Shown here: one piece after another, positions 49,420-63,299 of the stretch
Layout of the letters: the number at the start of each line of letters is the position of its first letter
How positions within the stretch are numbered: the first letter of the stretch is position 1
DNA from: Auanema rhodensis
Lineage: Eukaryota > Animalia > Nematoda
Direction of reading: 5' to 3'
Assembly: GCA_964057225.1 (NCBI GenBank)
Contig: OZ059894.1
Location: 13,888,001 to 13,952,000 of the forward strand
DNA length: 64,000 bases
The notes under the pieces: model-generated
Seen by the model: only the letters and a program-made list of their open reading frames with translations
Databases searched by the model: none
What the model was told of the DNA's origin: nothing
Made by a program: the position numbers and the translations under genes

Positions 49420-51264
49420 TTACCACACGTTACGTCCACTTTTCTTCTGAACAGTCTTTAATGGTTCTCCTTGAAGATAAGGATTCGGCATATGATGATT
49501 TGAACCGACTGATCGTTTTCGTCGAGGGACCAGCTGGAAAATAAAAGAAAAAATGTTAAAAATGGAAGCATTGCAACAGCATTTCAGAGAATGTTATAAA
49601 GTTTATTATAACATTATTATATTAAACTTGACCTATTTTTTAAATGTTACTGAACAACATATTGTTCAATTAACTAGAAATTCTTCAATTGAAAAAGCAG
49701 TTTTTGAAAATAAAACTTCTAGTGATGAAGCATATTGTTTAGACAGGAAAGGATAGGATAGGAAACGTAAAAAATCAACAAAAACGACGAAAAAGTAACA
49801 GTCGAAGCTTTTATTTTCAAAATGTAAAGCTGTGTACCTCGTCGGAACTGCGTTTTTCGTGGAATTTCTTGGCAATCATATTGCGATGAAGACCATTTTC
49901 ATCAAGAAGATCTTGTAATGTCTGACCAACTTCATTGGCTTCCTTCTCAGCACAGCTTAAATATATATTGTTATTATATTATTTGTTTACAAGTTTGATT
50001 AACAAGCATTTTTCAACAAAAAAAAAACTTACTTGAACATATGTTCTTGGTCACAAATGCAGTGTTGTTGAGCTTGATAGTTGCGTGAGAAATCGGCACT
50101 GAAAAAAAGTCAATAATATGTATTTTTGTAAACAATCATTATTTTTTTTGTTTTGAGAAATATGAATATTTTGAAAATTTTACCTGTTTTCAAACTCTTC
50201 CAAGCATCCATCAGGGGAAGCATATCCAACGGGGCAAGGATTTGGTGGCTCACAGTATGCAGGAAGAACGTTATCCGATTTTACCTATAAAATTTAATTT
50301 TTAAATAAATCATTAAGTTTATATAAGTTTTATTTATTTTTAATTTTTTAAATATTCTTCATATGTTTAAATATATAAATTAATTAGTAGAAATACTCAA
50401 AATAACCATATTCTTTCTTTTTCTTTCAATCTCTTATATTCATTTAGTTAATTTCATTTATTATATTCCATAAACTAATTATTTGCATTTTTTTTCTTTG
50501 AAATAAAATTATAACAAAAGAAAAAACTTTTTTATTTTTGAATTTTTTATGTTTAAAACTTAAATAATTTACCTCTTGACGTTGTTGATATTCATCAGTT
50601 TCAGCCAATTTCTGTTCACCTTCTCCAGCTCCTCCTTTAATAACAAAATATTTATAAATAAAAAATACAATTTAAGATTAACTGACAAATTATTCAATAT
50701 TACATAATAAAATATATTTTTTATGTTTTACCTGTCATATATTTGTGACCAAAAGCCAATGGGGATGGAATATTTTCGGCGTCACGTGAGATCAAGTCAA
50801 TGAAATCTCCAGAAGGCAACATCGATGATAAATCCGATGGCTGAAATAGTTTTCATAAATTGAAATACTTTCAGAATAATGTTAAATTTGTTTTTTTTAA
50901 TTAAAAGGTTCAATACTTCATATTTGTTGTTTCAATATGTCTTCATTTCATATAAGCAAAGAGGAAGTGAAGGCATAAAAAACAATTTTATAAAATTTAT
51001 TTTATAAAAATTTGATATTATGCCAAAATAAATAAGCAAATTGGTTTTAATTATTAAATATTTTATCTTAAAGAAAAAAATAATTATTGATAAGAAAATA
51101 TGAGTGTTTCATGCTTAAATTTAGTTTTTTATCTGATTTTTGAAATCATTTGAATAAATTCTTGATATATATAGGTAAAACAGTATGGGGAATTCAATTA
51201 AACTTACAGTTTCCAAATCATAAGCTGTTACAACAGCTCCAAGGGCCAAAAGAAAGACCAGCAT
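49420..51264 (-). CDS. sbt-1: Neuroendocrine protein 7B2 (PC2/EGL-3 chaperone), 7 exons
   Basis: Signal peptide MLVFLLALGAVVTA; GHKYMTGGAGEG; LPAYCEPPNPCPVGY (7B2 signature); CLEEFEN; CICDQEHMF; RRKR furin site followed by the CT peptide NPYLQGEPLKTVQKK; stop at 49420-49422. Confidence 0.96.
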
Positions 51265-54200
51265 GACGGTTTTGGCCTCTCGTTTGGGGTTGTGAGGGGA
51301 AAACGTCGAAGGAGGAGGAGGAGGACTGCCCCACAGCTCCAATCGATACGTTGCCGCAGGCACACGGCTTCAGAGCTCTTCATACAGCCATATTGGGTAA
51401 GAGTCAGAGAATACGTGAAAACGAGAGGATTTGAGACTTACAGCAGAAAAATCAGCAAATGAGCTGAGAGAGCTGCGACGAAGGCAGACAAACGATGAAG
51501 ACTCTGACGACATTGCAACGTCGGCGGCATCGGGAGCGGCATCGTTCACGATGCCAGAAAATCAGAAGCTTATTGATATCATAATGTTGTTGAAAGAAAA
51601 GCTGGTTTATCTTAAATATCGAGAAAAATGAGAAAATGTGTGTTGGTAAGTATTATGATGTGATTCTTTTGGCAGTGAAGAAGTTTAAATATATCATCTA
51701 AATTAACTATTTTTAGTCTTAAAAATTAATGGAAAACATAAAACTTTCAAAACAAACAAATGTAATTAGTTTGGGAATCCAAATTTCTCAAATACTTTCA
51801 TAAACTATATATATATATTAAAACTTTGATATAAAAATAGTGTTTCTGACACCAAAAAAACAAATATCCTTTGTGTCTTATCCGTAGTTGCTAACTATTT
51901 TATATAAACTTATTTCTTTTAAACATTTTTTATTAGGACATCCAAATCTATCTTGTTTGTCAGATAGCATCAATTTCATCTCTACCGCATATACAAATCC
52001 TTTCGCTTGGCAATTAAAGAAAAAAAACCAAAGAAAGCAACCATTATTTTCAAAATAATATGTAGAAATGATTTAAATATGTAAATTCATCAAATTAATT
52101 TAAAATAATTTCACGTACAACACGTAAAAATGGCTATTTGTTCATTTTCAATAATGAAAAAGCGGCTGTTTGTATATATTATCTTCCCCAACATTTAAAT
52201 TAGTTGCGCTTGGAAAAAAAACCAAATTATCCGAACAACTTTAAAGTTACAACTCTTCTTCAGAATACAGAAGCACTAGATACAGCTGAGTCGTAAGAAA
52301 TTGTTTTTCGTGTTTTCTGTTTGAAACATGCTTCAAAGATAAAGTAGTTCGTTTAAATAGTTTATGTTGAACAGCTCTCTAAATGTTTCTGAAGTCTGAA
52401 TCTTCTGATTCAACTGTGGTTTTTCAATCTCTACACATGATTACATCAAGTTTATTCGGATAGTTTAATATTTTCAAAAGATAAAACTTGAATTTTGCCT
52501 AGAGAAATGAATTGTGCAATGAAAAAATGTTTCATTCTGATGTGATATTAATGGATTAGAACTTCTATATTATTTCTTTCTTTGGCATTCTGTTCAGCGA
52601 AGCGATTTCAAATGAAACAAAGAATGTTTTTCATTTATTCTCACCTTTTTCTTAATTTTTTTTTCTTTGAGGAGAGCAAAGAAGCTTTGCAAAATACGTG
52701 GAGGCCTGCCCTCTTTATCTTCCTTTTTGTCTCCCAATAGCTGAGCCTCTCCACATCATTGCCACCTACTCTTCCCACAGTTGAATCTATACACCTGCGT
52801 TTCCAATAAATATTACGCATTTCTAGACCTTTATATGTTTTCTTTTTGCTTTTTTTTATTCAACATAGATTAAATATCACTAAAATTCACAGATTGTTCA
52901 ATTATTTCCGGCAAAAACCTTCAAATACTGCCATGTAATAGCAGATGAACATGAGCGTTTTTTTCGATAACTTTATTGTCAAAACAAAACTGAAAATTGA
53001 TATAATTATAATTAATATTCTATCCTCTAATTGTTTCGTAATATATATTTAGTATTTAGCTATGTAATATAGTTATATTATTTGTCTTTTACAGGATTTT
53101 AAAATAGTTTAATACACGCCTTTTACGGTGATTCATTCAAATAATTATTTTTTCAAATATGAGAGAAAAGCTCATCGCAGATAGCACGCGTTCATCTTGG
53201 TCAACATTGGCTGGTGATAAGAAGAAACATCCAGCTATTAAGTCTGTTAGTTATGATTTTCATTTTTAAAATTATAAAACTATTTTTCTAATTATATATT
53301 AATTGAATTATAAACAGTTCTTCTATTATATATTTAACTCACAAACACTCATTTGCATATTAGATGAAGTTGAGTTAAGCTTTCACAAAACGTTTGAACG
53401 CGCCATTTGGTCCAATATCAATGTCGCAGTATGGCTGCGGGTCTTCCTATTCCATATTTTTCCCAGATCCCTTTTCAATTTCTTTTACTCAAACACACAC
53501 CCTCTATTTCGTTTTCTCTTTTTCTCTATCTTTTCAACTTGTTGATTATGCAACTTTTCCTCTTCAACTTTTTTTTTAATCGCTCAATATCATTTTTTGG
53601 AAAGTCTCTCGTTTTGTGGTTTCAAATAAATACATGTATGTACATTCTACATACATAGTATGTTAGATGTTCATACAGTCATCATCTAATACATACATGC
53701 ATATCTTGTTTAATGTTCATTTTGAGAATATTTAAAATAAACTTTAAAACATTTATATGTTTTTTTTCTTTTTCAATATTATACAAACTTTTCTATTGTA
53801 ATCACTCAATAACATTATTGCTTACTAATCACTATATAGCTTGTAATCAAATTTTTTGAATGAGTGAAATGATTATCAAAATAGATAGGAGATAGACTTT
53901 AAAATGTATGAATAAAACCTCATTCTTGCCTCTTTATATGACTTTCTTATTACGAACAACTTGCCTATTTAATATTGAAATTTGTATAGCTTCAAGCTTC
54001 CTTCTTAAGTTTTTATTTCATTTCCAATGAATATTTTTTTGGAATTTAAATTCAATTTATTTATATCTATAATATTATATATAATATTACATTTAAATTT
54101 AACACACCTTTAAATATAAATAAACATTAAAAATATAATAAAATATAAATATATTATATTCATAAATGAAATATTATCAATAACTTTGTAAATAGTTTAT

Positions 54201-54551
54201 GAGCTTTATGCTTTGTCTCATAACTACATAATATGTACATAATACATATATTTTACTAACAAACCACTGTATATGTTCTTTCCAAAGCTGAAATACGAAA
54301 AAAAAAATTCCTTTTTGGGAATAGTCAACAAGTTTTCAGAGTTCACGAAAATATGTGTAAGATCTCTGTCGTCTAGCTTTATCCTTTTTACTACTTGTCC
54401 TTTACATACTCTAGCATTCTTTGTTTTATTTTACTTCAATAACTCCTTAAAATTTGCAAAAAAAAAGTGAAAAAACAGCATTTAAGTGCTTGCCATTATT
54501 ATTACTTTCATCTCTTTTAATATTGTTTTCAAATATCTATCTATATCTATA

Positions 54552-54554
<3 letters not shown>

Positions 54555-54594
<40 letters not shown>
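54555..54594. repeat. (AT)n microsatellite
   Basis: Directly visible. Confidence 0.95.
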
Positions 54595-54597
<3 letters not shown>

Positions 54598-57049
54598 TAA
54601 GTATAATATAACACTTTTATTGAGATTATTAGTTGTTTTTTTTCTGTTTGAAAATCATAATAAATTCTCAAATTTTAAACATTTTCTTATTTTTTTTCAA
54701 ATTTGAGCTTATTTTCCATGTTTTACACACAGTTTACATTATATGATTGACATGTATTTCTTGATGACATTACTGTGATGTCATATATGTATAGCCTTAA
54801 GATATTATATCACAAGATTTGATCACATTTTTCAAAGGAATGACATGAGTATTAGTATCTGCACCAGTATATATGCTTCAGGCTATTTATTAATATAAGA
54901 ATGAAATATATATTCTTTTAGCAATAATATTATCTTAGAGAACCATTCAATCTTTCAAATAAAATAAAGTAAAAGAATTATTAACTTATTATTTAAGAAA
55001 AAAAACTAATAATTCTGTAGTTGCAACATTCAAAAATATCTATTTGTCTACGTATTTTTTCATAAAAGCTGTGGATTACGTGAGAATCTTTTCTTGTAAA
55101 AATACATAACTGATACCTTGTTTCTGATAGCAATGATAATAATCGAACGAATACCAGAAAAAAATCTTTTTTTTTCTCAAATTTTCTTAATCATCTCAGC
55201 TAATTCTATTCTTTTTTCTTTTTGTTATAACAACAATGAAGAAGACTACTATGAAATTGCATTTTCAATACATTATGGTGATGACCATTAGATAACTTTT
55301 TGTGCTTGTATCAAGACGCATTAAAATATGTTCGTTTGTCAGTTTTTCTTCTTCTTTGAAACCGTTTTTTTTCTTTTTTTCCTCTTATTTTCGCTTTTTA
55401 TTTCTCATACTCCATCGAAATGTCTCTGGTTCTCTTACATCGCTGTATTGATTATTGTGATGATGATGATACAGCCTTGAACTGTTCTCGTTCTCTTCTA
55501 ACCTCCGCCTCAGCCTTTCCGCTTGATTCTAATATGTATGTTACATATCAAAGCAGAACTTATTTCTCTCATCACATCCTGAACATAGCTCAATCCCTCT
55601 CAACCTTTTCTTCTAATTTTCTCATTTTCGCAAGTTCTTCTTCTTTTCTCGTTACTCTTCGTAATCGCTATCTATTTATTTCTATTTTTCTCTCATTTTT
55701 CCCTTTTCCGTCTCGTCTTGTAACTGTTCAATCGAGCTTTGCGGTAGGCCAAGTGAAAGTGCATCCAGACCTTGTAGCATTTTCGCTCTTAGTTTCTCTC
55801 TTCTTGATTCAACGGTTTTTTTCTTACAACAAATGATTTTAGATTAATATTTCTTATGTATTATATTAAAATATTAACTAAATTCATATATTCAACTAAT
55901 TCACATTATATATGTTAAAACCTATCGATACGCATAAGTGCACATTCATACATACATGCATGCATAGTATGTTAACATAGATAGTTGTTGAAAATTCATA
56001 TAATTCACTTGATTTGGCAGAATTTTCAAAAAAAAACGAATAGGATACTATAATCTTTATTAATATTCATTCTTTCATTATATTTTTTGTTTTTTTCTTA
56101 TCAATATAATCATATTTAATTAATCTACAGGTGTATTCATTGATAACTGATAGACTGATTGGACTATCTCTTCTTAATATCCTGCTGATTTTCAGTATTA
56201 ATTCTCGGTCTTTTCTGTTTTGATTGATTAATTTATTATTCCATAAGAAAGACAATGTAATTTGATTATTCATTCTTATGAATATATAATTGTCTGTAAA
56301 TAATACTTCAAATTGATACTTCAAGTACTTTTTTCATAATTTCTGCTTGTCTGAACAACAGAAAAAATGTTGCACGGTGTTTGCTTCGCGGGACACTTAT
56401 GAATGAGCTTCCTAGGAATGTCTTGAACTAGCAAAAACTTATGTGCACAAACCCTAACACTATTATTCTGATATATCTTTCACTCTCATATCAAATTCAT
56501 TCATTTAAAAACCATTTTTTTTAATTTAGTACGAAATATTCTTTTTTTTTCAATTTGTTCTCTTTTCTTGTGAAAATGATTTATTCAATCCGGAACTTCC
56601 AGCTAGCATACGTCCGGTTTTTAAGAACTTACTTTAGTAATTTTTTTCGTAAGAAAACACTAGCTAAAGTTGGCTCACCAAGACATTTTGTATTTTAAAT
56701 AGAATATACATATGGCATTTGAATCAATTTATGCTGGACAGATTCAATATCTAATTTTCATTCAAGTAATTAGTATATATGTATGATACACTTGTCACTT
56801 ATCATTTTAAATTCCAAGTTCATGTCACTCAACAGAACTTTTTGGCCTGATAATTCTTATTTCATATCATATTAAACTTTTGAGCGGTTGTTCTTCTGCG
56901 CTTTTTATTTCTTCGCGCAGAAATTTTTCCTACACGAAAGTTATTTAGTCTATTAGTATGTAGCTTATATTATATCATTTGAATATTCAAATAATCTATA
57001 ATGTTTTAAAATTGTATCAATATTATTAGAGAATTATTTTCAATTACAG

Positions 57050-60000
57050 ATGAGCGTTATGATAAGAAGCATATCTCGTCTCTCAAGACGCAAGAAGAAA
57101 ATACGGGAGTTACCAGTTATTTCTGAAAGCGAGCAGATTGTTCCTCCACAACTGTCTTCACAAGCTATAGAGAATGTGAAACCGTGAGTTTCAAATTTTA
57201 TTTTGCGAAAATACTTAGTTCTAACATCTTCCTGTTAGAAATGTATTAACACCGCTTAAAATCATTCACCTAATTTGTTTACCTCTACACATACCATTAG
57301 TTGGTTCTAGCTTATTCAAAAATAATAATGTACGCAAAAACACGTGAGTTTAAGTTATAGTCACTTTTGCGGAAAATCTCTGAGCATTAAAAAGTTGAGC
57401 TTTTTTCTTGGAGCATTTTCACACTTTAAGCTAATATTGAAAATTTTGTTTTAATATGTTTAATCCATAATTAAAAACTCGTAACTTTTGCATGTAAAAA
57501 ATAAAAATGCAAATTGTTTACTTTTTGTAAATATTGACTTTTGAATTATTACCCGTGAAGTATTTTATTCCTGTATTTGGTAACTATTTTTTATCTTTGT
57601 CATCATTAAGAACTAGTTATATTAATATGGTCTTTTCAAGTGATATTGATTGTTTGCTTCAGTTATTTGTCTCCTGACTGTTTTCGTCTACTTTAGTTCA
57701 CGTAATCATGTTCTAAGCTCTAGTTTACTAAACGTTTTTTTATTTATCTATAGTCATCACTAGTCCATTTTCAACAAAGTTAAAATTCAATGATTTATTC
57801 GGTTGGCTAATTTTCATCAGAAAGTTCATCCAACAGGTCGAACCTAATTCAATTCCCATTCCACTTACACATCAACTGAATGTTCTATTCGACTTGCCAT
57901 TCGTTCCATTCCCGTTTGTTTTATTAGCTGTACACTCCCTAAGCTTTTCACTATCAGAATAATTTCAAATGATCTAAGAAAATGTTTTTTCAACATCATC
58001 ATTATGTCTGTGACGATTTTTTGAATTATTTGTTAATGATCAATCTTTTTTTTTTTGATGATTGATGTGAGAATGATCATTTAAGATGTTAAAGGTACAA
58101 CTGTCAATCAATTGCAATAAAGAGCATAATTTTCTTTTAATGTTCGATAGATATCATTTGAAATATATATTAAACCCGTATCATATGTTACTTTATCTTC
58201 TCACTTTACTGATCAATAAGCCTGGATGTCTTAAACACTGAAAGGGCCTGTTGTTCTCTTTTAAGAAATTCTGCTTGCTCAATCTAATTCATTAAGCTTT
58301 ATTTTTCCACAAATATATCTAGTTTTAGCCAACTGTATGCTAATTTTTGAATATTAATATTTTATATTACTTTCAGTTCTTTCCTTGGGAGAGGTATGGA
58401 CCGTCTTCGCAGGTCGATTAGGCAGTCTTTCCGACGGAAACGTAGTCCTGAAATTGGAACACCTTCTGAATTAGTATCACAAGGTAATTTAGTGTTTTTA
58501 GATTTCTTTTTTTACAACTTTTTCTAGTTGGTACAGGTGGTAGACAAGAACAATGGCAACCCGATGAAGGGGCTGTCCGGGCAGGATTGTGTAGCTTCCA
58601 TGTTAAGGTTTCAAATTCGTTTTGGATATTTTATTATTTTTGTTTTTAAGTATTTGGGTTCAGTAGAGGTGTTTGATTCCCGTGGGATGAACACTTGTGA
58701 AGGTGCTTTGAAAATGTTGAGGGTAAGAACTGTTTTTAAGAAAGTTTACTCATGTTTTGTTTTGAAGAATAGCCGAAAACGACCCGTGAAGGCAATTTTG
58801 TATGTATCAGGAGACGGTCTTCGTGTAGTAGACCAACAATTTAATCGTGGGCTTATTGTCGATCAAACTATTGAAAAGGTTGTATTCATTTTTTTATTTT
58901 TGGAATTGTTTTATTTTTTCATCAGGTTTCGTTTTGTGCCCCCGATAGGCAAAATATTAAAGGATTTGCGTATATTTGTCGTGATGGAACCAGTAGAAGA
59001 TGGATGTGCCATGGATTTCAAGCATCTAAAGATACAGTTCGTAATTTACTTATTTATATAACTAATAAATTATGGTATTCTTGATATTATACATTTGTTT
59101 TAGGGAGATCGGCTTTCGCATGCCGTAGGTTGCGCTTTTGCTCTTTGTCTAGAACGAAAAAACAAGAGGGATGAAGAAACAGCTATTACAGCAGATAAAG
59201 CGTTAAATCCCGATTGGGGAGAGAATAGGTTAACTCTTCATTATCAATTTATTCACATTAATTTATTTAAGTCCCACTCATAATATCTCAGCTCCTGTAG
59301 AAGAACCTTCTGGCTTCGCCCAACGAACTAATAGTGCATATCAGTCATTCCGTAAACAGATTTCCATTAGCGAAAGACTTCAGGTTTGCTTTTGTAACAT
59401 TAAAAAAAAATTTTTTTCTTTTCTTATTCAGGATCCTCAATCAGCAATTGTTAATGTTGTACCTGACAAAGCGTCAACTATGGACCCTAGCATAGCGAAA
59501 CCTCGTCCTTCTGCAAACCCTGCTCTATTCCAAAGACAGGTTGGTTTTTTTCATTATATGCTTATACATCACTTATTTTTAATAGGGCTCTCTACGAGCA
59601 CCTGAAAGTTCATCGAATGCTCAATTCAGACGAAACTATTCTCTAAGGGCTCCTGATTCATCAATGTATAACGTTAGTTTTTTTTCTTTTTTTTTTGTGT
59701 TAAATTTTTTCTCTGTCCTATTTTTTCCTGTTCTATGATGAAACCTGCCTGCTTATGCAAATTATCTCATGTACGTATTGTCGCAGTTCGTCCTATTCAG
59801 TCAGTTTAGTTGACAAACGGCCAGTTCTTAAAATTTGTTAATAATGCGCCATTCTACGACTTCTAATAAAGTTTTCCCTGCTCAAATTAGGGAGACTATC
59901 TCCGATTACTGCGATATTGAATATTTAACCGCTGTTTTACGAAAATTAAAAGATGATGTTCGTGATGAAATTATCACGAAAGCGTCGAATCTTCGCTCGA

Positions 60001-61080
60001 TGCATGATAATTATTATAAACATCGTCACTATAGACCTTTAGATTGGGTTTGTTTTTTGTGTTCCATAGCTTATTTCTTTATTATATCCATTCTTTCTAT
60101 TCATGGTTTTATTTTTCAGCCTGTTGCGCCAACCTTGTTCAAAGAACCTATTTATGAAGGCGAAGAAGATGATACTATTCACTTAGCTTCTGCTAATTAT
60201 AATGCTTCTGCCAGTCATCAGACAGATTCTGCTACTCCCCATTTGAGCAGCAACGGTTATTCATCTCAAATAAATGATTTGCTAGGTGGACCTCTTATTT
60301 CTACTCATGTGCCTGCGTCCGTACCTCAACAGCAGCCATCAACTTCAAGCCAACAATACTATAACAATGGTCAATCTAATTTGAATCAGTGGAGTTCGTT
60401 TGAATCTTCGGGTGGAAAACCTACACCTTCAACAGGAGCATCTGTAGTTAATCAACCAATTTCTGTTAATACCCAATGGTACAGTACCTCCTGTGTTTTT
60501 CAATTTATTTTTATTTGTAGGAATAATACTAGTCCTCCCTTAGCTTCTTCACGGTCGAAGGCTGATGAGTGGCTTGAAGGAGCAATTCGTTCTTCTATGA
60601 GCTTTTCCTCTCCCCCTGTTACTGCTCAGGTATTCAACCGGCTTGGCTAATCCTTTTACAAACAAACTTTTGAAGGTGACTCCTAGCACTTCCTTTAACA
60701 ATGGATTCCAACAAAGCAATGGCTGGATTTCTAATAATTCTGCGTCAAACGCAGGTGTATCAACCAATCAGGAAAGCCCTCTAAAACGAGGGCCACCTAG
60801 TCATCCTCCCCCACCTCTGCCAGCCGTGGGAGCTGTAGTTCATGAAGATATTGTGAGACTATATCAAACAAAAAATATCAAAAACAAGAGTTTTTAGACA
60901 TCAAGAACACTTACCCCCTCAACCGATGCTTTTGGACAGACTGTGAATTGGGACCCTGTTCCTCAGGCTGTGCTACCAAAACCGGAAGATCCATTTGATA
61001 TTCAATGGAGTCGCTTAACAATCTCCTCTCATAATCCGTTCTCTGCCGAAATGAATCAAAATCGTGAAGTAAGTATATAA
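57050..61080 (+). CDS. num-1: Numb endocytic adaptor (PTB + NumbF domains, DPF and NPF motifs), 14 exons
   Basis: N-terminal SRLSRRKKK exon (57050-57183); [15 protein letters not shown]; PTB domain [25 protein letters not shown]...[10 protein letters not shown]...[14 protein letters not shown]...[18 protein letters not shown]...[10 protein letters not shown]; NumbF ERLQDPQ...KPRP...FQRQGSLR; ADEWLE; terminal DPF and NPF; stop 61078-61080. Confidence 0.96.
59844..60047 (+). CDS. num-1: Probable alternative first exon of a short, PTB-less Numb isoform
   Basis: Inside num-1 intron 10, ATG 59844 opens 68 codons (MRHSTTSNK...HYRPLDW) ending at a GT donor (60048) in phase 0 with the TTTTCAG acceptor at 60119. 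An in-frame stop lies just upstream of the ATG. Confidence 0.6.
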
Positions 61081-61948
61081 ATATGCAAAAATAGCTCTTT
61101 AGCAATTTAATAATTCCATTTGAATGTATTCGATTTTCCTTTTTTTCTATCTTGCTTCGTCCATTCGTTGTCCTTTCTTTGATTTACCCTATGTAAAGCG
61201 GGAATGTAATTTTTCTCGGTTTTATGAACTTTTTGACAAATAAGACGTCAATAATGAAAGTTTCATTGTAATAACTTATATTATATAATTGTCATTAAAC
61301 CCAGTTTGATGTATAGTTTATATGCTCTTATTGAAGGGCTTTCCACCTAGGAACTTTAATTTCTTCGAAAATGTTTGTTTTATAATTAATTATTTAATTT
61401 CAACCGTTTTTGGTCGCTATATTTGTGTCTTTTACCTGCTCATTAATGTGTGACCTTAAATATATATATATACTGTTATAAGTATTTTCCCAAATGAGTA
61501 GCTCTTTTTCTGAAACCTTCCTGGCTCTCATAAAAGCCTCCGCAGATTTCTATTCAGATCCATTCCCAACAGGTACAGTATTAATTGAATTCTTTTTGAA
61601 ATAGCTAATTCATCTTGTGATATGTGACTATATATTCTAAGTTTTAATGTAACTAATTTGAAAATTCTGCTGCCAATTCTGTACTTTAAAATGTTTCTGA
61701 GTAATAAGAATGCTTCTTTCCAATTCTTTGACTCTGTTAGCCAGATGTATGCCCTGTTGTCTTTATTCTGTAAAATCATAGAACTTAATAAAAAGATTGA
61801 AATGCTTCCATCAAATCGTATGTTTATATTATATTTCCGCAGTTTTGTTTAGGTAGAAGATACATTTAGTTAGTTATATGAAACATGATATACCAACCAA
61901 TAGGTCAGACTGTTTATGTTCTCCCCCCACAAATCAATTACTGTTGCC

Positions 61949-63057
61949 ATGATTCTATGGACAGGTGAGTTAAACTTAAGTTTTGAATTTTTTTGAAACT
62001 TCATTTTGGAAACATTTCCAAATCTCTGTTTCTACACGTTTATGGTATTGTTTGGAATTGTATATAATTTCGATATATGTAAAGTTTAATTGAATAATAT
62101 TTTTATATAATCCGAATAAATTATAAATTTCTAGGATAGGGATGATAAAGTTTCCTTTTTAAGTTTTGAAATAAAATTTCTTTCATACATGTTATTTTAG
62201 GTTTGTTACTATTTCTTCCACTAATAACATGTCAAATATCTGATTATAATAAAAAATTGGAATATGATCTATTCAAAAATTATAACAATCGGCATCGTCC
62301 AGTAAAAAAAGAACAAACTACTGTTAACGTGGCAGTTTTTATTAGTATAAGTCATGTGGAAAAAGTGGTCAGTATTCTGAAGTTTACCTCTTGTCTACCC
62401 ATTCATCAAAAATGAGAAATATTTTTATTCACATATAGGATGAACATGAGCAAACTATGTTACTGCATGGCTATCTATGGTCATCTTGGATTGATGAATA
62501 TCTGAATTGGAAACCAAATGATTACAACGGAACAACAAAAATCAATGTTGATGCTCATCGAGTTTGGCAGCCAGCTCTTGCTTTGTATAATAGGTTTTGT
62601 AAAGAATATTCTTTGTTAAGCAAGAATTAACTTCATTCAGTGCTCGAGGAAACTCATGGCATCTATATATGAACAGCCTGCCAGCTCTCATCAGCTCGGA
62701 CGGAAGGGTTCGTTCAATAGTTCATATGTTTTTGTTTATTTGTTTATATATTTTTGTTTATACGGTAAGAATAAGTTTTCCTTCCAGATTTGGGCAACAG
62801 GATCCTTCTCTTTCTATGTCACATGTCGATTTGATTTTACTAATTGGCCATATGATGAGCAGGTTAACATTAATTATTTGTAATACAGTATATTAGTATT
62901 TGTCTTCTAAAGGAATGTCCAATTGTAATCTCTGATTGGGTTTATGATTTGTCAAGAGTTAACCTAACAGATCCCAATCCAGATGCGCCTTGGAATAAGC
63001 CAGCTATTCGTCTGAATTATGATCCAACTCGTTTAAAAGAGAAGAAGCATGTTGGAG
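61949..63057 (+). CDS. Cys-loop ligand-gated ion channel subunit (nAChR-like, lgc-type); extracellular domain only, gene continues beyond the window
   Basis: Signal peptide [16 protein letters not shown]; [16 protein letters not shown]; VDEHEQT; WIDEYLNW; [10 protein letters not shown]; Cys loop [15 protein letters not shown] with 13-residue spacing; last visible donor GTAAG at 63058. Confidence 0.9.
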
Positions 63058-63299
63058 GTAAGATTAAAACATTTGATATTGGATTAAAATTCTATCATGA
63101 ATAATATATAGATTAAAACAAAACAAACATTTCAACAAAAATTTATTTTTTTTAATCAGAAAATAATTTCTGAAATAATAGGTAATTAGTACCTCTTATT
63201 CACCAAGCTGAGATAGAGATTTAGTATAGATTGGGGAAAAACGACGACTTTTGTCAATAAAATACTAAATTATTAACGATATCTTCATCAGTATGCTGA

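Noticed and set aside
51265-51363. In-frame N-terminal extension of sbt-1 in the ORF track
   Set aside because: Starts at GTG and would bury the signal peptide; ATG 51264 fits 7B2.
61080-61949. num-1 and the LGIC as an SL2 operon
   Set aside because: The gap from the probable num-1 3' end to the next acceptor (~61842) is several hundred bp, longer than the usual ~100 bp intercistronic spacing.
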